Shown piece by piece: positions 37,641 through 50,294 of a stretch of DNA of 64,000 bases (within the stretch, counting starts at the first letter, position 1; each line of letters opens with the position of its first letter). Made by a program: the position numbers and the translations under genes. The notes under the pieces are model-generated. The model saw nothing but the letters and a program-made list of their open reading frames with translations, had not been told where the DNA came from and ran no database searches. Source of the DNA: Ruditapes philippinarum (lineage: Eukaryota); the NCBI RefSeq assembly GCF_026571515.1, contig NW_026859747.1, forward strand, positions 248,001-312,000. The letters run 5' to 3'.

Positions 37641-40520
37641 TTCGATAACCTGAGGAAGATAATTATAACTATATAATTATTCTACCGTGTTTTGTTGAAA
37701 TTAATTCACCCATAATTTATTTTACAGCCGATAATGTATTTCATAGATTGTTATTGATCACAAATATCTATTCCGACTGTATAACATTATTTCGTGGTTT
37801 TATCCCAAGTCATATTTAACGGACGAGAATTAGGCTTATCGTCTGCAAGTGCAAGCAGATCAACACTTTTAATGAAGAAAATCAAATTAAAATGGCACAG
37901 CGAACGAAAAAGAAACATGAATTTTATAAAGAATATGTTCAACATACCTTTACATGTCTACATATGTCAAGTAATTCAACAAATTGCTGCGTAACAATGA
38001 AAATGTGCACGTTGTTTATAACGATGAACTGTCAGTAAGAGTAGCGCCCCTTGCGTCGTGTAGACTACACTTCTAACGCATAACAAGTTTACACGGAATT
38101 CAATTGTCAAACTTCAAGATTCATGCGAGTGAGTAATGAAAATATCATTAATGCCACTGTCATTTATTTTATTTTATTCAAATAAAATTTACAAATACAA
38201 TAGCAATCAATTAATGAAAGGAAAGCCTGCAAACAAAAGCTTGTAATTCGACCCCGAGTCACTCGTAACTTTGACCATCTGCTAAGTATATTACATAAAA
38301 ATTAAGAATGAAGGCACTATTTCGACACCTTGAAATTTTGAGTGCCAATTAGTTGATATTAAAGTAAAGTATGTTTGAAATATCCAAGTGTCGGGAAAAT
38401 GCCTTCATATTTTTTTCCGTTGAAAGATATGGCGAAAATGACGAAAACACGTGAAATATTCGACATAGGTGTTTTTATTTCGTATTTTACTCCTTCCAGA
38501 AATGAATTTAAATAAAATTTTAGACCATGCTTAGAATGAATAAGTATCATGCCTGCGAGATATGTTATTTGTTTTGTTTTATTGCAATCTTTATATTTTA
38601 CTAATTTGCTGGGCCAATTCACATGTTTCGTGAACCTAGCCCTTAAACATCAATTATGTTAAACTACAGCAGTATTTGACACTTAAAATGTCAATCATGA
38701 TATGATAACTGAATTTGAAACCATTTTTAAATCTGTGCAAGTTTAATATTCAATAAACAGTTTCTATTTTTTTGGAGAATGTGGTGCAATACTGTGTCTT
38801 TTCTAATGCATTTTACAGCAGCTATTGAGTGGTTTTAGTATTTTATTTAAAAGCTTCTTTATTTCTCTGAAGATTGAATTTCCTTCAGACGTTTATTTAC
38901 GCATTTCTAAGGGCCTCAGTAGTTTTTGTGATATCTTGTCAATAGACGAATGTTCTATACTGCACAAAGTAATGTGTCAACACTCTTTACAACTTATTGA
39001 TATGTCTCCTTAGTTCACGTGCAATTTTAATTTTGAATGTCTATTCTACAAATGTCACTGTTGCTAGTGAAAGGCAATCATTTGTAGTGGCAGGTCGAGT
39101 TTAATTCAATCGCATAAGTTTGAAAAATAGACATAAATAAAATCGCTTTAGAACGTTTAAAACGACAAAACTAAAAGATGTTAATGGACAGTACTAGAAA
39201 ATGCAAAATACCTTCCACCCGCTGGTACCGATTTAAACAAAATGCAAAATTAATATGAATATCAATATATTAATTCATTTTTTCAATATATGAAACCATT
39301 TAATCAGTGTATGGAACCAAAGTAGCAATATGTAACTTGATTATCACATTATTTAGGCGTTACGGTACGAGCATTTATGGCACAGTAATGTGTTACACAT
39401 ATATGAATAATAAATGTGTACACAGCGGAATTATTAAAATAAAAGAAACGTATTTCCAAAATCGTTGCGCTTATTATGTTTTTCCAATCAGTGCATAATG
39501 TCATAATATTTTTCAAACTGTAGAAGCAGAGACGCTACTTAAAGCGTGCATCCAGATTCATGCTAATTTTCATGAACATTTTGGAAATGCATTTGAATGT
39601 AAAATATTGTAAGGTAACCAAAAGGAAGCAATTTACACATTAACAATCATGGCACTTACAAACCACGTAAATTACCAAAAAGTTGTCAAAATATGCATCA
39701 ATAGCCTTTACTGTGTAGTAGAAATATTGTTGTAAATAATGAAAAATCAGTCATTAATGGCAAAATAATGTGTAAATACATGTATTATTTGAATATTGGA
39801 ACTTTTACTTTCCTTACATCTTAGTACATTGTTCTCAAGTTTGATTTTCTTGGAACATTTTGACTCATCTGGAGGCATGTAGCTTAAATGCAGACGTTAT
39901 TTGTAGCAATGAGCAAGTTCTGCTAAAAAAAAATATATATATATAAATAATCTCTGCTCACATTTGAGAGAGCGAGCGAGAAATATTCAAGGGCACTGGA
40001 GATCCATTGGTTCTCCTTAACTACCAGAACCGTCATTTCCAGGTTACAGAACACAGTAAACAGACAGCCATAGTGTTCGCAAGACCTTATAAAATGCATA
40101 GGTTACCCCTTTTACCACATAAAGCCATACAAAGAGAAGGTATTTGCGAACAAACTTAGTGTTCTCAAAATACATTTTTAAAGTAGATAACCTTTGATAG
40201 TATGTCCATATACAATTATTTGACATTCTGTTTTTTAAAAACAAAATTATGATAAATGAGCAATAACTATTGTTTCAAAAGATTAATATTTAGAAGTTTA
40301 CATTTATAGATTATGTTGACCTAGTTCGATAATATTTATAACAATTTCATCTGTACCATACATGCTATCATTTAAGTTATCACTTATTAAAGAGGTCATT
40401 CAAATGTCAACTATCTTTTTGATTTACAGTTAAATTTAAGTAAAACGTTTTAGTGAAAAAGTGAGGAATTTTAAGAGAATACACAACAAAATAGTCTGTT
40501 TTGGTTATGAACAAATAGGA

Positions 40521-40522
<2 letters not shown>

Positions 40523-40568
<46 letters not shown>
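40523..40568. repeat. (AAT)n microsatellite ~110 bp upstream of the MFSD1-like start codon
   Basis: About 15 AAT units. Confidence 0.95.
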
Positions 40569-40570
<2 letters not shown>

Positions 40571-40679
40571 CACAAAAAGACAAAGAGATGAAACGGAAAA
40601 CAACAAAGGAAATACAAACTATTACCTAGATGGCAGAAATAGTTAATGAAAAAATTGACAACTATAAGCAATAAGAATT

Positions 40680-43600
40680 ATGAAGGAAGAAAGCCAAGCT
40701 TTATTAGGCGAGAAAGAAACTGGAAGACATTCAAAAATGTGTTTATCATGTGATCCAAAGTCTAGATTTCATCTATATATACTTTTAGTATTTATATGTT
40801 TGATTGGTGTAGGTAGGTTATCATTCACGTTTCTTTTATAACACAGTAATCAAATACCACAATTTAACCATGTTTCATCTTTTGATTTTGAATTAAATGA
40901 TAAAAATGCTAATTTAAAACTGATTAATAAATTCACAAACATGGAAATACGTTATTTACCGTTTAATTGAATTAGGCTAAATCAAAAAGAGAAAAAAGAA
41001 AACGATATCCCTAAAGAACATCTAAAACCACAAATTGAAAATGTTGCAGGCTCGGTTTGATTCAGCATGAAAGCTAACGTCCATGCCCCCTAGCACCGGC
41101 TTAAACCAGTTTACAACGAGTCTGCAATATTTTCTATAATGCCGTTTAGACGTTATTTAGGTAATTTGGTGTGTCAGGGGCTTTGTCCTTTGCCTTGTTG
41201 ATTTTTAGTTGCGTCGTTTTTTCTTCTTTATATATTGCAGGAGATTACTTCTGTACCGACAGTCCAGCTGCTTTACAAAATCATTTCTTGGAAGATCTTA
41301 AAATATCAGAGACAAAATATATGTCATTTTACTCAAATATACAATGGACTAGTATTGTGTCATGTTTATTTGGCGGCTTTTTAATAGATAGGGTATTCGG
41401 AAACAGAATTGGAATTACAATGTTTTCAATTGCAGTCACGTGTGCTCATGTAAGATAAGTACAATGTGTTCAGATGGACACCGTCTCTCGAACATTACAC
41501 ATTTTTGCATTATTGTGAAAGAAGCTATTCTTTACTGTAAACACGAACTCATCTATGTAAATCTACATATCTTCTGTTAAGTATATTTAAAGCTTTCTTT
41601 GTCTTGACTTCTTCTTGACTGTGTAATATCTTGCAGACGTACTAGAAATCGTATTAAGTTAAATTCCAGATATCAACTGTGCTGTCTGCTAGTAAGTCAA
41701 TTGTTTGTAAATAATTAGATTTTCTTGTTTAGAATACTTATATAAGTTTTATATCACTGTTTTTAAAGATTTATCCTTTAACCTACAGGGTCTGTTTTCA
41801 ATGGGAGCTTTATTGAATAGTTACTGGATTATGTTTGTGGCAAGAGCTGTGTATGGGTAAGTGTTTATGTTGATTTTAAATTAATTCAAAATACAAAATA
41901 TAGTTGAACATAATTCCTTTTTCTTAATAGCACAGTTTATATGTACATGTTATACTATAATATTCAATAAAACCATTGTTAGAGGTAAAACACCGCTGTA
42001 TTTCGCGACGAAAAGTTTTTTCATGACCTAATATAGAGTGAAATGTAAAGTTTTTCCGTGACCTAATGTAGAGTGAAATGTAACGTTTTTCAGGACCTAA
42101 TGTAGAGTGAAATGTAACGTTTTTCCGTAACCTTATGTAGTGTGAAATGTAACGTTTTCCAGGACCTAAAGTAGAGGGAAATGTAACGTTTTTCCGTGAC
42201 CTAATGTAGAGTGAAGTGTTGCATTTGAGTCAATTAATATAACATTTTTCTACATTTATCACGCTCACTGTGATGTGATTTCATTGTACCGAAAACAATC
42301 AACATTTAAGATAGACATCACCATTATAATTATAAGTAATTAAAGTCCGGCACCATGTATGCACATGAGTGCCGTTAGGTAATGTCAGGTAAGATATAAT
42401 TGTAAACTTTGTAATATTAGTATCTCTCTACAAGTATTCAGACACTTTATAGAAATGAAAGGCTCATTTTTCTAAATTTTAAGTCTCATCAGTAAGTATC
42501 GACTGTAGACATTTCATTTTCTCGTTCGCAACATTCTAGAAAATGATATGTGCATATTTCGCATATGCCCCTATAAAGGAACATCATTCTAACGGCAAAA
42601 GCAGACACATATGAGAAGTGTATAAGATTGTTGCATTGCATCTTATTATATCTTAACTTTGCCGTTTAAAAAAGAAAAGAAATAATTATAAATTAATAAA
42701 AAAAATACTCTAAGTTAACTACTTTCTTTTAGATTCGTTAATGGACCAATGGCAATAGCAAATGATAATATGGCAGTAAAGTGGTTCAAAACAACAAATA
42801 TCAATATGGTGTTTGGTTTAAAAACAAGTATTGCTCGAGTGGTAAGTTACAAAGCCTATGAATAAAAAACAAAAAAATGTCATGTTTAATTGCTCTTTTG
42901 TTTTGTTTCACTAAAAATTTTACATAGCTATATATATTATTACTAATTATTTTATATTTATATACATATGCTTCATAAAGATAGTTTTCATTCAAATACT
43001 TCAACCATGTTGTTCGACGGGAGCGATTGTCACGTGGTTGAAGTATTTGCCATTTTAACTAGGTATCATTGGTTCGAGCCTTATTGTATTTTCATATATG
43101 ACACTAGGACTGGCCTAAGTGTATATTGTTTTCAGGGGCCTGTCTCAAATCTTACGATTTTCTTTGATAAGTGTACTTTCTGTGGCACTTTCAGATCAAT
43201 GAAATACATGATATCTGAGTTGAAGAACAAAGACTTTCTTCATAACTTCGAGTCCAGGTTTTGGTCCAAATGTCCAGAAAGGAGAGTCTGACTCGGAAAT
43301 GGTTGATATAAGATATGTGCTTCTATCAGCAACATCAAGCTTAATTGTAACAGACATGTTCAGTAAAAGCTTAAAAATGTTGTGTGTGTAGCTAGACAAA
43401 TCATATTGCCTTCAAATCGATTTGTAACCACTGTCTAAATGGTTCATTACTTCGCTTAGTATTTGATTAGTATCGGTTTGTGTTTAAGTGTGCATTTTGG
43501 TGTTCTTTTCATTCAGAGCAGCGTGGTTGACATTAACGTTATGGATTCATTATATAACTACATTGGTCAGGTGTCGCATGGTCACATTTGTTTAGGTTTA

Positions 43601-46600
43601 ACACTTTTAACAGGTAAAACATACATACCTTTTATGCCCAAAACGAGCACCGCGTTAGGTAAATGAATTAACATCATATTATATGACAGTAGTAGTGTGG
43701 CAAATATCTAAGGTATGCAGAATATCAGACAAAAACAACAAAAAAACTTTCAATGAGTTTAACGGACCAAACGTTAATTTTTGTTAATTTGAGTGTCTTG
43801 ATATTCCCGCTGAAAATAATACATACATGTATATAAACTGTACTTATATCATAATAACACATGTGTACAACAATTTTTTAACACATTATCTGTTTACATA
43901 TATTTACGTACATTACTACTCTATTTAGATTTCAATTTCTAAATACTTCATTTGCTTCGTTCTCACATTATCATCTTGCTTGAGTATCAATTTTCAGGTG
44001 TGGTTGTTGCATTCTTGTCTTTTCTGTCGTCAGTTGTTGTTGCATGTTTGGATAAACGAGCTGACAGAATGAGTTTTACATTAGAAGAAATTAAAATCAA
44101 ACATGATGCCATTGGTACGTATTATCAGAATAACTGATGTTTTCTTTAAAACATATAACTAATGTTAAATGAACACTGTCATATTACTGTTCCTGAATAA
44201 ATACTTTGCAACGGTGTTCTTAAAACGACATAATACACTTTTTGTTTGATTAGTTCATTATTTGTTCTTTAATACTAGTATTCTGGCTGTTGAGTTAAAG
44301 TCACATTTGTTAAGCTGCGTTATGCTATATCAAATTATCTATTTGCCCTTTTTGTTGTTTTATTTACTTAAGCGTTTGTGTTTGGAAATATTTTTTATGA
44401 AGACCAAGTTAGTGTGTCTGACGTCAAAAATTTCCCGATCACTTATTGGCTGATAGCAATGACTACAACGTGTTACTACCTGGCGCTGTTTCCGTTCGTA
44501 GGGCTCGGACAGTAAGATTATACTTTGTTTTATGATTCACCATTATGCAATAAGGAAAGAGGACAATCATTTTAGCTGTATCTTACTTAATTTCAATTAT
44601 TTATACAAGAAATAGTTTTCGATCAATATCGTATAGAGTTGCCAAAGTGATGTTTTGTATGTATACTCCGTACACGTTTCCATATGTTGAATACACATTC
44701 AAATTAGTGAAAATGTTACTTTTGTCATGAATATAACGGACACTGTATGACATAGAGGAGTCTTAAAAAAGCGATTCGTATCATTGGCCATGGTGGTCGT
44801 ATAACTCTTCATTTTAATATGCAAAATGTTTCAGTTTAGAAGACTCGCTCAAAACCCTTTAAAGGATACCGCATTATCACTTGGTTTTCACGTCTTTTAT
44901 TTTTTTATCACGATTTGCTCGTATTTAAGGAGTAAACAGAAATTGTTCTTTTACTTTTCATGACATATATAACTTCAATTGTATTTATTGTTTAAAGGGT
45001 ATTTTATGAAATGAAATACGAAAGAGAGCCACAACAAGCTGATAGCATAAACAGGTAAGTACTTACGAGGCATGATCAAAAAGTTCTGGACCCGATATAC
45101 TTCTAGCCACCACACTGACATTTACACACAATACGTCGATACCGATATCGTATTGAAAATATTGACCAAGTTACACGCGGTTTTACACATATTAAGTAAC
45201 ATAAAACATACTTTGATCAGTAGAGGGGACCAAATGGAGAAAGTTGAAATCTGAGCCGTCATTAAGTACCTCTGTAAGAAAGGGATTTTCCCAAGGAAAT
45301 CCATGAAGACTTCATGGATAATCTTGGGAAGGAGTCCCATACCTATAGCACTCTGAAAAATGGGCTACTGAATTTAAGAGGAGCAGGGAGAGCATTGGAG
45401 ATAATGAGCGGCCTGGGCGGCCAAAAATGGCCATCAACGATGAAACTGCCGATGCTGTGCACGATCTGGTCTTGTGCGGCAGAAAGCGAGACCTGTGAAG
45501 CATTGCTAGGGAAATTGGTATAAGCTTTGATTCAGTTCAGGCAATTCTGACTGATGTCTATGGCATGTCAATGGTTTCCGCTAGATGAGTCCCAAGACAG
45601 TGGACTGACGACCAGAAACTGACCAGGCTTGACATTTCAAGATATCTCTTGTCTCCCAACGAGAATGAAGCTGATTTTATCTACCGGATCGTAACTCAGG
45701 ATGAAACATGGACCCATCACTTCGATCCAGAATCTAAAAAACAGAACATGCAGTGGAAGCACCCTGGCTCACCCCCTACGAAGAAATTCAAAAGGGTGCC
45801 ATCGGCAGGGAAGGTGATGACTTCAATATTTTGGGATAGTCGGGAGATAGTTATGATTGACTATCTTGAGCAAGGTCGTACCATAAACGGTACGTACTAT
45901 GTAGACGAATTGAGACGTCTGCGTCAAAAAATCGAGCGTAAAAGGAGGAGAAAACTGACTCAAGGCGTTCTGCTCTTGCAATACAATGCGCAAGCTCACA
46001 TATCCCAGGTTGCGATGGCTGCTGCAACTGACTGCGGCTTTGAAATTCTTCCCAATCCCCCATATTCTCTGGACTTCGCTCCCTCTGACTTCTACGTGTT
46101 TCCGAAACTGAAAACAAGCTTCGTGGTAGACGTTTTGGAAGCAATGATGGTGTCATGGAGGCGGTCAATGAGTTCTTCGAGGACCAAAATAGAGAGTTCT
46201 GATTTGAAGGGTTAAAAAAGTACAGGTGGGCAAAGTGCATTGATGTAGAGGGCGATTATATTGAAAAGTAAGACCATTAGTCGGGTTCTCTGACTACCGG
46301 AAGTACATCAGACCAAGAACTTTTTGATAAATCCTCGTATGACTGCTTTGAAAATTTAAATATTAATAGCCAATGATATAAAATGTTCACTGTATATTTA
46401 ATCTAGTAAAGACTTTCTTAATATTCTTAAAGTCTAGACTTGACTGTGCTTTCTTCATTTAGCTTTATTTTTGTATTCATTTAGCACAATAAGATCAAAA
46501 TGAATTTACAACTTGACATAAATAGCAACATCTTAACTTAGAAAGAGCCTTTTCATTTCTTTTATAGTATGGTGTACTTAATGGCTGCAATAACAATGCC

Positions 46601-48675
46601 TTTATTTGGTTATATGATAGACAAATTTGGGAAAAGTCTTATTTGGATGTTTGTTGGGATTATTCTTTCTATCGGCAGCCATATTATTCTTGCATTTACA
46701 TTTCTAGAGCCATATATAGCAACCGTGAGTATAACAATACCTACCTATAATCATCTTTTCTCACTGCTCACCTAAATTTTGGAATAAAAACATCTATAAG
46801 ATACAAACTTCATCGTTACTATTATATTTGTGTTTATTTATTTCATATATCTTATCAAGAAATGATGGTTTTTGTTAATAATTAGATCCAGTAGTATAAT
46901 ATACTTAACATTGAAATAGGCAAGTGTAAAAGTAACTGAGAATTCGTCATTTTAGATGTTTGTAACCGTTTAGTTACGTCTAACATTGTACACATGACGT
47001 TACATGCTTTATGTATTTTGTTTTTGTGTTTCAGGTATCCATGGGTCTTGGTTATTCAATTTTTACAGCAACAATGTGGCCAATGGCATCTTTTGTTATA
47101 CCTTTTAACCATCTCGGAACAGCATATGGCATGTATGTAAAATTAAAATGACATTACATTGTTGAAACTTGGAACTTGAAACTAAGGACTTTTACACAAT
47201 AAAACTAATATTTAGGTAGGTAGGGTAGGGTAGGGGTAGGTAGGTACGAATACATAAGTGTCACACTTAAAAAACATCAACAAAATTTGTAACATTTATA
47301 TTTCTTATATCATAATATTATTGAATTTACTTAGAATGAACGCAATGACAGCTGTTGGCCAGACAGGCGCTGCCTATTTTGCCGGGTACCTGACAGATAA
47401 TTACGGTTACCTTGTATTAGAGGTGTTCTTCACAGCTTGCATGACAGGTGATTTTGAACATTTATTACATGAAAAGTCATTTTATGCATTTTTATTTTGT
47501 GGCATTCATGGTAAGAATGTGTGTCCGTACCAAATAATGCGTATTTTTGTTCCGTTTTTGTATGTTTGGTATTAAACGATTACAGATTGTTAATTGAATT
47601 GAATTGGTTACCTTATTCACTCTTCTTGTTTTGTCTAGTGTATGTGTTTTTTAGAACTAACATGTTTGGTACAGAATTATGCAGCATGTTGAGAGAGTAT
47701 GAGCGCTGTTTGGGTATGGTATTTCAATATGGTCGTAAAATGTCAGTTTGGTTAGTGTTTTGTGTTCATGTATACATGTACATCAGTGCAAATACAATGC
47801 ATGCTAATATATTTTGTCAATTACCTGTCGATATGACGTTAAATTAATTTAAAAGTTAAAAAATACGATACAACTTTTTTTTATATGTATTTCAGTGTCT
47901 CTTATACTCGGATGTCTACTCATAATCATTAATCAGTCTAGAGGTATGATTATTTAGATAGAAAGTGAATGAAACATATCATTAAGCTGAAGCTGTGATT
48001 TGATATAATCATCAGATTTCTAATTTAAACTGTATAGATAGATTAAATTTTACATGATTCCAGTTTGATAATTATAATTCATTTCTCAATAGTGAAGCTT
48101 TGATTTCATATATCAGTTTTCTTATTTAAACTGTATCGATATATTACATTTTACACGACCCTAGTTTGGTAGTAATAATTCCTTTTTTTAAATATGACAA
48201 TCACTAAGTGAATCATTTCGATATCATTATTTTATTTAATACTTCATTTAAAATTGTATTGTTCTGTAAAAATGTAAAACGTAGTTTTGAAAGGTTTTAA
48301 ATGTACAATTATAATTTGGTTAATAGGAGGTGATATCAATCTCAGTGCTAAAGAACGAGCATGCATGCCGAGACGACAAACAATGTATGTACCCTTTGAA
48401 CACATTTAACCAACCCTTAACCTACATTTAAGATGTGAACACAAATAGTTATTATTCTTTCATTGTATTAGTGCATGATATTCAGTTTGTTTAGTTTTCC
48501 AATTTGTCTTACTATAGGTTGACTGAACAAATATCTTGTTCAAAGCGTTATATATGTACTTTATAAGATTTGTAGTGCGAGCACTTTAAGATATTGTATG
48601 AAATGTTTCATATATTTCAGTGAAAAGACTGTGAAATGCACAGATCGAGCTATTCAGAAACAAAATATACCATAG
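40680..48675 (+). CDS. MFSD1: MFSD1-like lysosomal major facilitator superfamily transporter (divergent), 14 coding exons
   Basis: Exons: 40680-40812, 41241-41449, 41789-41856, 42733-42841, 43517-43613, 43998-44114, 44373 (or 44403)-44511, 44998-45054, 46568-46724, 47035-47132, 47335-47447, 47896-47943, 48327-48384, 48621-48675. MFSD1 motifs: EESQALL dileucine, CDPKSR, YFCTDSPAALQ, FGGFLIDRVFG.RIG, KWFK, DVKNF, CYY.A.FPF.GLG, WPM, LGTAYG, GYLVLEVFF, GGDINLSAKER. Confidence 0.9.
42015..42218. repeat. ~35-bp minisatellite, 6 copies, in MFSD1 intron 3
   Basis: GACCTAATGTAGAGTGAAATGTAACGTTTTT unit at about 42025, 42060, 42094, 42129, 42163 and 42198. Confidence 0.9.
45066..46337 (+). mobile_element. 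Mariner (Tc1/mariner, DD34D type, irritans/Himar-like) DNA transposon, decayed, in MFSD1 intron 8
   Basis: TA|CGAGGCATGATCAAAAAGTTCT ... AGAACTTTTTGATAAATCCTCG|TA: TIRs and TA TSD, 1272 bp (typical mariner length). Confidence 0.93.
45235..46271 (+). pseudogene. Mariner transposase pseudogene
   Basis: MEKVEI*AVIKYL start, *VPRQ (WVPRxL), IVTQDETW, KVMTSIFWD, LLQYNA (HDNA catalytic D lost), PPYSLDFAPSDF. Several stops and frameshifts. Confidence 0.9.
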
Positions 48676-49473
48676 TTAGAGAGTACGTTATGCAATGACA
48701 GGAGGTTTATTTAACAATAAAATCTAGAATGAAACTTCATGACAGTAATAGACGTTGTCTACTGAGACTTAAATCTCTGAGACAGATTATTTGGATCAGT
48801 ATATACGGTTCTCTGTGGATTTGTATAATCTTAAATGGTTATATACGTTTAGCAAACAAATATTTGAACACGGTTATAAAGCGTGTCGAATGTGTTTTAC
48901 ATGAATTTACGAAACTGCAATTTTCCTTTCTTGAAAAAATCCGTACTTTGTACTAGAAAGACAACATAATTTCAAGACAGTATACGCAGACAGTTAATAA
49001 GTATAAGGATAAGCCAATGATCTGAATATTATTGAAAGTAATGTTGTTTATTTTGTATGTTAATGAAAAATTATTGTGAAACAATCTTGTTAATAAAAAT
49101 TATTGTGAAACAAATGTGTAAATATTGTGCAGATAAATAAAGTGTAAAACATAGATAATTCATTTATCTATATCATGCAAGCATTAAACAACACGATATA
49201 TAGCACAATTTTGTTTGAAGCAAGTATTTTAAATGTACAGTAACTGTCACAAGAAGTAAAAAGTATTCAATTTTATATTTTATGTTTGCATTCCGATTTA
49301 AGCCCAGAGAAATTTAATAAGAAGACATTAAACTCTATATATTACAAAACAAGATGACTACCTATATGTTGTTTCGTTTTCGAATTCATTACATCAAAGG
49401 AGTGAATAAAAACAACTTTATATATAAGCCTATAACAAGATAGAAATAATGAATCCCTAAAGAAAGTCCAACA

Positions 49474-49585
49474 TTGAAAATGTTGCAGGCTCGGTTTGAT
49501 TGAGCCTGTTCGTGGATGGTAATGGAAAGTGCAAGTTACCGTCCGAGCCCCTAGCACCGGCTTAAGCAGAATTCAACATTTAAAC
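49474..49585 (+). repeat. Dispersed ~110-bp multi-hairpin repeat, best-preserved copy (about 10 copies in the window)
   Basis: TTGAAAATGTTGCAGGCTCGGTTTGATTGAGCCTG...GCACCGGCTTAAGCAGAATTCAACATT. Related copies at ~810-930(+), 6045-6113(-), 10690-10770(-), 28615-28720(-), 41036-41110(+), 51020-51095(-), 51600-51710(+), 59995-60090(+) and 61921-62040(+). Confidence 0.85.
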
Positions 49586-50133
49586 TGTTTTATTTTATTC
49601 ATTACGAGAAAATGTCAATTTTATTACAAACGTAACGTAATGCAAAACAGTTCAAATGTGCATTCTGTGAAATTATATATGATATTCAAATGAAAGCATC
49701 TTATTGCACACTGAATTTAATTTTGATAAGACGATTAGTATATATTATTTGAAGTTAGAAATATGTGTTAATATTTCATTTTTGCTGTCACCCATCTTTT
49801 AAGGCTGAGTGTTTCTAGCATATCAACCAGTTCCATATTGACTTGTTGAGGGATGCATTCATTGAATGTCTCCCTTCTTTGTTGATCTTGTTTTTCATAT
49901 TTCAGTTGATATAGCCTCATTTCATATGTTCCTAATAATGTCTTCAAAACAGAGTTGACTGTAAATCGTTTTCTTATGTTTATATGTGACATATATCATT
50001 TATTTATATATACCTTTTGACTGAAATGCAGTATATATTGTCTATTTATGACTTGAATATCAAAGGTCGAAACGTCTGGAGATTTTTCTTACAATAAGTA
50101 GTCTACAATATCTACTATCTAAACATCTTGCAA

Positions 50134-50294
50134 ACATGATAAAAAATAGAATACCAAACAAGTGTCTAATCTTATAAAATTTATCACACTCGTCTCAAAA
50201 ACAATTTAGAGCGAGGCTCTTCTTTTATTTTCTTAGCCTTGCCTGATAAATTTTGTAATATCAGACACTTGTTTGGTATTCTATTTATCATGTT
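50134..50294. mobile_element. Small MITE-like inverted repeat
   Basis: AACATGATAAAAAATAGAATACCAAACAAGTGTCT ... AGACACTTGTTTGGTATTCTATTTATCATGTT with a ~90-bp spacer. Confidence 0.65.

Larger units (their letters stand above)
32011..38638 (-). mobile_element. Full-length PIF/Harbinger-ISL2EU-like DNA transposon (~6.6 kb)
   Basis: Inverted termini TAGGTTCACGAA (32011-32022) and TTCGTGAACCTA (38627-38638), with further imperfect similarity inward (..AATTGCCC vs ..AATTGGCCC), enclose the transposase gene. The outer TA could be a TSD or part of the TIR. Confidence 0.8.

Noticed and set aside
43020-43115. Degenerate SINE heads (also ~58240-58330 and ~62620-62708 on the minus strand)
   Set aside because: Only partial A/B-box similarity; boundaries and family cannot be supported by eye.
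49768-49992. Minus-strand ORF, possible LINE reverse-transcriptase relic
   Set aside because: Only vague resemblance across frameshifts; not supportable without a search.
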